Below are positions 25,419 through 32,000 of a DNA stretch of 32,000 nucleotides, piece after piece. Position 1 is the stretch's first letter; every line of letters starts with the position of its first letter. The notes beneath the pieces were generated by a model, which worked only from the letters and a program-made list of their open reading frames with translations, searched no databases and had not been told where the DNA came from. The translations under genes and the position numbers were made by a program. This DNA comes from Methanothermobacter thermautotrophicus str. Delta H (GTDB lineage Archaea; Methanobacteriota; Methanobacteria; Methanobacteriales; Methanothermobacteraceae), in the NCBI RefSeq assembly GCF_000008645.1, contig NC_000916.1:840001-872000 (forward strand), given 5' to 3'.

Positions 25419-25521
25419 TTTCCCCTGATATGATCATCTCAGGTGACTGGATCTGGTGTCCTGCACTCAGAACCCTGTGCATGGGTATCCTCCGATAACA
25501 TCAATCACCGCGGGACAGGCA

Positions 25522-25671
25522 TCAGATTATGCCAAGCAGTAGGAGTATCAGTATTATGGTACCTATCGTTATGAGCACCGTGCTCAGAATCATGCCACCT
25601 GTCATTAAAAGGAAAAGTTTGGCCCTCCTATCAGGGTCCTTAAGGTACTCCTTAAGCGGATCCCTGCTCAT
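25522..25671 (-). CDS. Small single-pass membrane protein (49 aa), below the ORF-track length cutoff
   Basis: Hand translation: MSRDPLKEYLKDPDRRAKLFLLMTGGMILSTVLITIGTIILILLLLGII. GGAGG lies 8 nt upstream of the ATG, and the SD overlaps the stop of the upstream UPF0216-like gene (TAAGGAGG). Confidence 0.5.
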   Translation of the reverse strand: MSRDPLKEYLKDPDRRAKLFLLMTGGMILSTVLITIGTIILILLLLGII

Positions 25672-25684
25672 TCCATCAACCTCC

Positions 25685-26092
25685 TTAGAGCTCCCTCACA
25701 AGGAACATGTACTGTGTAACCGTTGGAAACCTCGCCCTCAGCACCCTCATCTCAGGTCTGTAGATGTAGATCTCATCCCCCTCATCATCCCTCTCAAGGA
25801 CCTCCGAGACAACCTTCACCTCAATATCACCGGCGATCCTTGCACCCGAGGTCTCAGATTCTATCTCAATGTATATCGGGAGCCTCAGCCTCCTTGCCTC
25901 ATCCTCAGTCAGCATCCCCCTGAGGTCTTCAAGTTCAGCCCATTTGAACCTGTGCCTGGTGCCATCAGCCCCTGTAACATGGGGCCTGTCCTCCCTGAGG
26001 AGCTCCTCCAGGGTCTTCCTCCTTGAGGGGAGATGACGGTTGAGGTTGAAGATCTCCTTCTTCATCAGCCTGTCTGATCTGTCACCTCTCAT
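25685..26092 (-). CDS. UPF0216/DUF61-like archaeal protein
   Basis: N-terminal pattern NLNRHLPSRRKTLEELLREDRPHVTGADGTRHRFKWAELEDL...LRLPIYIEI is recalled as typical of the archaea-specific UPF0216 family. The ATG at 26092 lies about 26 nt from a TATA element, so the mRNA may be leaderless. Confidence 0.7.
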   Translation of the reverse strand: MRGDRSDRLMKKEIFNLNRHLPSRRKTLEELLREDRPHVTGADGTRHRFKWAELEDLRGMLTEDEARRLRLPIYIEIESETSGARIAGDIEVKVVSEVLERDDEGDEIYIYRPEMRVLRARFPTVTQYMFLVREL

Positions 26093-26103
26093 CCTATTAG
26101 GCT

Positions 26104-26126
26104 ATGTTTTATATTCTATAAAACAT
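26104..26126. promoter_or_regulatory. Symmetric bidirectional promoter element ATGTTTTATA-TTC-TATAAAACAT
   Basis: A perfect 10-bp inverted repeat with a 3-nt spacer presents TTTTATA on both strands. It lies between divergent genes starting at 26092 (minus) and 26151 (plus). Confidence 0.5.
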
Positions 26127-26150
26127 TAATATCTTAGTGGAGGGTGTACC

Positions 26151-26483
26151 TTGGATATCGATATCGAGCAGTGCCGGGAAAATGATAAGATAAAGGAGAT
26201 AATAAGCGGCAGCGGACTCCCCATAAAGTATATAAAACTTCTTTTAAGGCTCTCGGACGGGATATACATAAACGGCGTCAACTACAATGTGAAGATAGAA
26301 GATAACATCGTCTCAGTCATCCTCATATCCTCCAAGCCCGAGAACAGGACAGGGGTTTTCAGGACAGGGGCCCTCACCAACATATTCTACCGTGTACGTG
26401 AAATTGAAAAGGAGCATGAGGAGATAAAGACCGAGACCCGGGCCAGTGGTAACCTCATAGAGTTAAGGATACATCTCCAGTAG
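26151..26483 (+). CDS. Hypothetical protein (110 aa)
   Basis: TTG start 4 nt after GGAGGGTG (26139-26146). No motif recognised. Confidence 0.55.
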   Translation: MDIDIEQCRENDKIKEIISGSGLPIKYIKLLLRLSDGIYINGVNYNVKIEDNIVSVILISSKPENRTGVFRTGALTNIFYRVREIEKEHEEIKTETRASGNLIELRIHLQ

Positions 26484-26495
26484 GGGTGATGGTTG

Positions 26496-26918
26496 ATGGA
26501 TCCTGAGGACTATCACAGGATTCTCACTGAACTTGCAGACTTCCGGGATCTTGACACGTCCACGATAGCCTCCCTAAGGAGTTCCCTGGTGGAACTGAAG
26601 GATAGAAGGGACCAGCTCCTTGAGATCAGAAAGAACCTGAAGAGGGATATCAGGGGCGTTGAGAGATACTACCTTGAGCGGATGGCCGAGGTAAGGAATG
26701 ATGTTGAGGAGCTGAGGGAGGGCTCATCAAGACTCAGAAGGATCATTTCAGGTAACCCCGCCACTGCCCAGGCCAGGGCCATGAAACAGCTGAAGATGAA
26801 CCGTGAAGCACTGGTGGAAACCTACCGGGACCTCCTGGAGTACACAGAGGAACTCACCGAGCACATTGAGGACCTGATGATTGAACTCTATGAGGAAATG
26901 AAAGGCTTCCTGGGATAA
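26496..26918 (+). CDS. Hypothetical coiled-coil protein (about 140 aa)
   Basis: The ATG at 26496 lies 5 nt after GGGGTGA. The sequence is rich in heptad-like charged helices (LVELKDRRDQLLEIRKNLKRDIRGVERYYLERMAEVRNDVEELRE). Confidence 0.6.
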   Translation: MDPEDYHRILTELADFRDLDTSTIASLRSSLVELKDRRDQLLEIRKNLKRDIRGVERYYLERMAEVRNDVEELREGSSRLRRIISGNPATAQARAMKQLKMNREALVETYRDLLEYTEELTEHIEDLMIELYEEMKGFLG

Positions 26919-27120
26919 ACCATTTCTGGAAGAAAGGCCTCAGGATTCATGGGACTCCATCCAGAGAATGGAATTATCTGCACGGCCCAGTATACGAATG
27001 GTACGTTTAACACGACGAAATCTATTCCCTATGCCGAATCCGGATAAGTGTAGTGAAGTGAAAGAAAAATCAGGGGTCACTCATCACATAAAACATTCCC
27101 TGAGCGTGGGAACTGGAGCA

Positions 27121-27136
27121 ACTTTAAAAATAAATA
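27121..27136 (-). terminator. Possible T-run terminator ending the ATP synthase transcription unit
   Basis: The minus strand reads ATATTTATTTTTAAAG immediately after the stop at 27137-27139. Confidence 0.35.
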
Positions 27137-27520
27137 TTAGTGGGTTAATTCAACCGGTAGAATTATGAGGACACCCAGGAGGTCGTTCCTGCTGATTTTC
27201 CCGTCTGCAGCAGCTACGAAGGTGGCATGGTCTGCCTTACGGTCCATGCTTATGGGTAGGGGTGTCTCCTCCCCTGCAGCTATCGGATGACCCAGGGGGT
27301 TCGTGGCGTAGGCACACATGAAGACTATGTGGTTTGCCGGTATACTGACCTCCTTGATCTTAACCGGCTTTGCCTCGCCGGCCCTGACCTCAACGTCCTC
27401 GTCTGCAATGATGGCCCTGAGGTTCCCGTAGACCTCACCCATCCTGAAGTCCACGAGTTCCCGCCTGTATTTCTCCTCGGCCTCGCGGACCTGGCCGAGC
27501 CTTGTGAGTATCCTAACCAT
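27137..27520 (-). CDS. Hypothetical protein, last gene of the ATP synthase gene string
   Basis: 127 aa. Its ATG shares one base with the atpD stop (TGATG). No motif recognised. Confidence 0.7.
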   Translation of the reverse strand: MVRILTRLGQVREAEEKYRRELVDFRMGEVYGNLRAIIADEDVEVRAGEAKPVKIKEVSIPANHIVFMCAYATNPLGHPIAAGEETPLPISMDRKADHATFVAAADGKISRNDLLGVLIILPVELTH

Positions 27521-28161
27521 CACTCCATCTCCATGGATTTTTTGATCATCTTCAACCTGACGAAGTTCTCCCTCTCCATCTCCTCGAGCCTCATCTCAAT
27601 GTACTTGACGGTGTTCTTGAGCCTCGGGATTATGATGTGTTCGAGGGCGTTAACCCTTCGCTTGGTTGATTCTATCTCACCGGCGAGAAGCCTTATGGTC
27701 TTCTCGATCTCACCGAGTTCTATTATGAGTGCCAGGGACTCCTCGAATTTTCTGGCTGCCTCGTCGAGTTTTACTGATGTGTCCACAAGGCCGTATCCAC
27801 GTTCAACCACGGTCCTCTGGGTTGCCCGGGCATCGACCACCGGTACAACGACACCCATTATACTCCTTGAGTCTATGTCGACCTCCACGGACTCCCTCAC
27901 AGACATTGCAGCCCTCTCAACTGCAGTGTCGCCCATGAGTACCTGGGCCTCTGTGAGGTCAGAGAAGGCCTCCTTGAGGTGCTCCTCCACCTTTTCACGG
28001 GAACCCTTAACCCTCTCAAGGATGTTGAAGAACTCCATGATAAGGGCGTTCCTCTTCTCCTTGAGGAGACTGTAACCCTTGACAGCGAGTTTCTCACGCT
28101 GCTTGAGTTTCAGGAGCTCCATCCTTGTGGGGTTGATCCCCTCAATCATTTCCTGTGCCAT
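27520..28161 (-). CDS. atpD: A-type ATP synthase subunit D
   Basis: 213 aa with N-terminal [32 protein letters not shown], typical of A/V-type subunit D. Confidence 0.95.
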
Positions 28162-28196
28162 TGGCTAACTCTCCTGAAAAAGGATGTTGGGGGTGG

Positions 28197-29588
28197 TTAT
28201 TCGGCACCCGGGAGGTACTTGGGTATGTGCTCCTCGCGGACCCTCTTGAGTTCGGACCTCGGGAGGAGTGATAGCAGTTCCCATCCGAGGTTGAGGGTCT
28301 CCTCTATGGAGCGGTCCTCGTCACGTGCCTGGGTGATGAAGCGTTTCTCAAATTCATCAGCGAATTTTAGGAACTTGCGGTCCCTCTCTGTGAGGGCCTC
28401 CTCACCCACAACCGCCATGAGGTCCCTGAGGTCACGTCCCTCGGCGTAGGCACTGTATAGCTGGTCTGAGACACCGCTGTGGTCCTCACGTGTCCTTCCC
28501 TCACCGATACCACCACTCATGAGCCTGGAGAGTGATGGGAGCACGTCCACCGGTGGGTATATACCCTTACGGTGGAGGTCACGGCTCAGCACTATCTGGC
28601 CCTCGGTGATGTAACCTGTCAGGTCAGGTATGGGGTGTGTGATGTCGTCCTGTGGCATCACCAGTATGGGCATCTGTGTGATTGACCCCTCCTTGCCGAC
28701 TATACGCCCTGCCCTCTCATAGAGGCTTGCAAGGTCAGTGTACATGTACCCCGGGTAACCCCTTCGTCCCGGGACCTCCTCCCTTGCAGCTGAGATCTCC
28801 CTTAGGGCCTCACAGTAGTTTGTGAGGTCTGTGAGTATGACCAGGACGTGCATGTCGTGCTCGAAGGCAAAGTACTCTGCTGTTGTGAGGGCCATCCTCG
28901 GGGTGATGATACGCTCAATGGCAGGGTCGTCTGCCAGGTTCATGAAGACCGTAACACGCTCAAGGGCCCCTGTCCTCTCGAAGTCCCTCATGAAGTAGTT
29001 TGCCTCTTCGTGGGTGATACCCATGGCCGCGAAGATAACCGCGAATTCGCTCTCCTCTGCAAGCACCTTGGCCTGCCTTGCGATCTGGGCTGCCAGTTCG
29101 TTGTGTGGAAGCCCTGAACCTGAGAATATAGGCAGCTTCTGACCCCTCACCAGGGTGTTCATCCCGTCAATGGTTGATATACCGGTCTGTATGAACTCGG
29201 CAGGGAACTCCCTTGCAGCGGGGTTCATGGGGCTACCGTTGATGTCGAGCTCCTTCTCGGGTATGATCTCAGGGCCACCGTCTATGGGTTTACCTGTACC
29301 GTCGAATATTCGGCCCATCATGTCCAGGGATACGCCGATCTTCGCTGTTTCACCTGTGAACCTTATCTTTGTTGTCTCTGTGTTGAGGTCACTGGTACCC
29401 TCAAAGACCTGTACGACTGCAAGGTCCTCCCTGACTTCCAGTACCTGTCCCCTTCTCTTCTCACCTGTGGGTGTTTCAATCTCCACTATCTCACTGTAGG
29501 CAACCCCTTCAACACCCTCAACGATCATTAGAGGACCTGAGACCTCTGTGACGGTGGTGTATTCACGGGTTTTGATGTTAACGTTCAT
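28197..29588 (-). CDS. atpB: A-type ATP synthase subunit B
   Basis: Strong A/V-type B signature throughout ([40 protein letters not shown]). The ATG at 29588 is preceded by GAGGTG; the track start at 29594 is GTG. Confidence 0.97.
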   Translation of the reverse strand: MNVNIKTREYTTVTEVSGPLMIVEGVEGVAYSEIVEIETPTGEKRRGQVLEVREDLAVVQVFEGTSDLNTETTKIRFTGETAKIGVSLDMMGRIFDGTGKPIDGGPEIIPEKELDINGSPMNPAAREFPAEFIQTGISTIDGMNTLVRGQKLPIFSGSGLPHNELAAQIARQAKVLAEESEFAVIFAAMGITHEEANYFMRDFERTGALERVTVFMNLADDPAIERIITPRMALTTAEYFAFEHDMHVLVILTDLTNYCEALREISAAREEVPGRRGYPGYMYTDLASLYERAGRIVGKEGSITQMPILVMPQDDITHPIPDLTGYITEGQIVLSRDLHRKGIYPPVDVLPSLSRLMSGGIGEGRTREDHSGVSDQLYSAYAEGRDLRDLMAVVGEEALTERDRKFLKFADEFEKRFITQARDEDRSIEETLNLGWELLSLLPRSELKRVREEHIPKYLPGAE

Positions 29589-29590
29589 CT

Positions 29591-31345
29591 TCACACCTCA
29601 CTACATTCCTTGACGATCCTTTCCTGGATCTCCTTGATCCTTGCAGGGAATTCCTCTTCAGGTATGTACTTCATACGCCCGATATCCTCCTTAACAGGGA
29701 GGGATATTATGTCAGCTGCAGGTGCGCCCTTCTCAAGGGCCGCTGTTGCGTTCCTGTGGAACATTATGATTGTCCTGAGCATCTCGAACTGCTTTGATGG
29801 TGAGCAGTAGGTGTCCACCTCATGGTAGGCGTTCTGCTGGAGGAAGTCCTCCCTTATCATCCTGGTTGTCTCCAGGGTTATCCTCTCCCTGTCTGGAAGT
29901 GCGTCGGGTCCGACGAGCTGGACTATCTCCTGGAGCTCTGCCTCCTTCTGGAGGAGGGCCATTGCCTCGTCCCTAAATTTCCTCCATTCAGGGTCCACGT
30001 TGCTGGCCCACCATTCCTGGACACTGTCAATGTAGAGTGAGTAGCTCTGGAGCCAGTCAATGGAAGGGAAGTGACGCTTGTCTGCCAGTGATGCGTCCAG
30101 GGCCCAGAACACCTTACATATCCTTAGGGTGTTCTGTGTGACGGGCTCTGAGAGGTCCCCACCTGGTGGTGAAACCGCACCCACAACTGATACTGAGGCT
30201 ATCTTATCCTCTGATCCAATGGTTGTGACCCTTCCTGCACGCTCATAGAACTGTGCGAGCCTTGATGCGAGGTATGCAGGGTATCCCTCTTCACCTGGCA
30301 TCTCCTCCAGCCTTCCTGAGATCTCCCTCATTGCCTCGGCCCACCTTGAGGTTGAGTCTGCCATGAGGGCGACGTCGTAGCCCATGTCCCTGAAGTACTC
30401 TGCTATGGTTATACCTGTGTACACACAGGCTTCCCTTGCAGCCACAGGCATGTTTGAAGTGTTTGCTATGAGCACGGTCCTGTCCATGAGGGGGTTACCT
30501 GTCTTGGGGTCCTCGAGTTCAGGGAACTCCTTGAGGACCTCGGTCATCTCGTTACCCCTCTCACCGCATCCAACATAGACGATTATGTCTGCGTCAGCCC
30601 ACTTTGCGAGCTGCTGCTGGGTAACCGTTTTACCTGAACCGAAGGGTCCCGGTATGGCTGCTGTACCTCCCTTGGCGACTGAGAAGAATGTGTCCTGCGC
30701 CCTCTGACCTGTTACGAGGGGGACGTCAGGGTCGAGTTTCTTCTTGTAGGGTCGGCCCTTCCTGACAGGCCACTTCTGGAGCATCTGGATCTTTTCTGTT
30801 CCGCTCTCGGTTTCAACCTCAGCTATATCATCAAGGACGGTGTATTCGCCCTGGGGGGCTATCATTGTGAGTTTACCTTCAACGTTTGGTGGGATCATTA
30901 TCCTGTGGGTTATTGAGGATGTCTCCTCAACCTCACCGATTATGTCCCCTCCCTTAACCATCTGGCCCTCCCGGGCTGTGGGCTTGAAGGTCCATTTCTT
31001 ATCCTTTGGGAGGGATGGTACGTCCACTCCCCTCTCTATGTAGTCTCCGGTGAGTGCCTTGATGTTCTCGAGGGGTCTCTGGATACCGTCGAAGATTGAA
31101 CCCAGTATTCCAGGTCCCAGTTCCACTGATAGTGGACCGCCTGTTCTTTCAACGGTCTCTCCAGGCTTTATGCCTGCGGTTTCCTCGTAGACCTGGATTG
31201 TTGCTGTGTCACCCTCAAGTTCAATGATCTCTCCTATGAGCTTGTCTTCACCCACCTTAACCATTTCATACATCTGGGATCCTCTCATCCCCTCGGCGAT
31301 GATAACAGGACCCGCTATTTTTATAATCCTTCCTTCCTGTGTCAT
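29591..31345 (-). CDS. atpA: A-type ATP synthase catalytic subunit A
   Basis: 584 aa with Walker [10 protein letters not shown] and [22 protein letters not shown]. No intein-sized insertion. Confidence 0.97.
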   Translation of the reverse strand: MTQEGRIIKIAGPVIIAEGMRGSQMYEMVKVGEDKLIGEIIELEGDTATIQVYEETAGIKPGETVERTGGPLSVELGPGILGSIFDGIQRPLENIKALTGDYIERGVDVPSLPKDKKWTFKPTAREGQMVKGGDIIGEVEETSSITHRIMIPPNVEGKLTMIAPQGEYTVLDDIAEVETESGTEKIQMLQKWPVRKGRPYKKKLDPDVPLVTGQRAQDTFFSVAKGGTAAIPGPFGSGKTVTQQQLAKWADADIIVYVGCGERGNEMTEVLKEFPELEDPKTGNPLMDRTVLIANTSNMPVAAREACVYTGITIAEYFRDMGYDVALMADSTSRWAEAMREISGRLEEMPGEEGYPAYLASRLAQFYERAGRVTTIGSEDKIASVSVVGAVSPPGGDLSEPVTQNTLRICKVFWALDASLADKRHFPSIDWLQSYSLYIDSVQEWWASNVDPEWRKFRDEAMALLQKEAELQEIVQLVGPDALPDRERITLETTRMIREDFLQQNAYHEVDTYCSPSKQFEMLRTIIMFHRNATAALEKGAPAADIISLPVKEDIGRMKYIPEEEFPARIKEIQERIVKECSEV

Positions 31346-31662
31346 TTTACCATCTCAACCCCAATAACTCTTTTAATAAGGTCCCTCAGTGGATCTGTTT
31401 CACGTTCTGAGGGGCCTGTCTTGTCTGGTATCTCTATTATCATTGGCAATGCGCTTGAACTTGTGGTTTCCTCTATAAATTCCCTCAGTTCATCACCAAT
31501 CTTTTCTGTGACGATTATTATGGAGAAGCCATCACGTATAAGGTTCCTTATGGTTTCCTCTGCCTCGTCAGGTGTTTCAACCACGTAGCCTTCCCTGACG
31601 CCTCCGAGTCTGAACCCTGTTACAGTGTCCCTGTCACCAACCACTGCAATATTTGAACTCAT
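31342..31662 (-). CDS. atpF: A-type ATP synthase subunit F
   Basis: 106 aa with [18 protein letters not shown]...IIIVTEKI, typical of subunit F. ATGA overlaps occur at both ends. Confidence 0.9.
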   Translation of the reverse strand: MSSNIAVVGDRDTVTGFRLGGVREGYVVETPDEAEETIRNLIRDGFSIIIVTEKIGDELREFIEETTSSSALPMIIEIPDKTGPSERETDPLRDLIKRVIGVEMVK

Positions 31663-32000
31663 GCTAACATCTCCTTAACCATTGCTTCAGGGAAGCCTGG
31701 CTCCCTCTTGCTCCTTGCTATGACCTTGAGGTTCTTCACCTCAACCTCCTTCCTGCTGAGGAATCCGATCATTGGCCCGACACCGAAGGGCTTCTTGAGT
31801 GCGAAGTTCCTTGCCATCCTGTTGAGGTTGTCCTCAAGGACGCGTTCGAATACAGCCACTGAACCCGTTGATGTGTACTCTGAGAGGGCCTCTGATAGCA
31901 TCTGACCGTAGTCTGTACCCTCAAGGCCGCTTACAACTCCACTGACATCCTCTGATTCCATGAGGTCCTTGAGCTTCCATTCCCTGATCTGGTAACCGTG
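31659..32000 (-). CDS. atpC: A-type ATP synthase subunit C, C-terminal part (gene continues beyond the window)
   Basis: The frame is open to the window edge. The C-terminus FLSRKEVEVKNLKVIARSKREPGFPEAMVKEML is typical of A/V-type subunit C(d). Confidence 0.85.
   Translation of the reverse strand, partial: HGYQIREWKLKDLMESEDVSGVVSGLEGTDYGQMLSEALSEYTSTGSVAVFERVLEDNLNRMARNFALKKPFGVGPMIGFLSRKEVEVKNLKVIARSKREPGFPEAMVKEMLA

Noticed and set aside
25529-26026. 165-aa plus-strand ORF
   Set aside because: It is antisense to the UPF0216-like gene and the 49-aa TM ORF, both of which have better signals (family-like sequence, strong SD).
26968-27168. 66-aa plus-strand ORF in the convergent gap between 26918 and 27137
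   Set aside because: It has no SD or promoter, overlaps the end of the minus-strand gene and has unremarkable composition. A weak inverted repeat (CCATTTCTGG / CCAGAGAATGG, 26919-26971) was also judged too imperfect to call.
27287-28075. 262-aa plus-strand ORF
   Set aside because: It is fully antisense to atpD and the coupled 127-aa gene. Its translation is Ser/Leu-rich and low-complexity with no start signals, so it is a shadow ORF of strongly supported genes.
29591-31345. Intein in the ATP synthase A subunit, as in some other archaea
   Set aside because: The 584-aa product is collinear with intein-free A subunits. The sequence around the Walker A region is uninterrupted.

Overview
This is a roughly 50% GC archaeal chromosomal segment that reads like a Methanothermobacter-type hydrogenotrophic methanogen. 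The markers are an archaeal-type PEP carboxylase, the Mth938-domain gene, polyferredoxins and the A1Ao ATP synthase C-F-A-B-D genes. All family calls come from motif recognition by eye; no database search or folding was run. Left to right: (1) A minus-strand metal/redox block holds a ModA-like binding protein, a DUF364-like protein, an 8-cluster polyferredoxin and a small ferredoxin. Next to it is a monocistronic ~1666-aa CobN-like protein with a signal peptide, 22 N-x-S/T sequons and a C-terminal TM anchor. (2) A 15-20% GC spacer of about 340 bp is followed by an EEP-family nuclease/phosphatase gene, a multiply frameshifted membrane-protein gene, then MarR, an unknown gene, a nitroreductase and a membrane protein. 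(3) A DtxR-family repressor plus an AhpD/CMD gene sit divergent from a TIGR04076-like gene and the Mth938 gene. (4) A complete type I R-M locus (hsdM-hsdS-hsdR) is followed by a YgjP/DUF45 metallopeptidase; HsdM carries an extra N-terminal MarR-like winged helix. (5) ppcA, a heliorhodopsin-family gene, two tandem tRNA-Gln genes and an ATP-grasp ligase follow. (6) Small unknown genes and the 3' half of the ATP synthase operon close the window. No CRISPR array, transposase or integrase was seen. The most interesting items are the heliorhodopsin with intact Schiff-base Lys and Glu counterion in a dark-living anaerobe, the apparently surface-exposed CobN-like protein, and the wHTH-HsdM fusion with symmetric repeats in its promoter. 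Also of note are tandem palindromic operators upstream of the MarR gene string, a 16-bp palindrome in the DtxR divergent promoter, and a likely unannotated 49-aa TM ORF.
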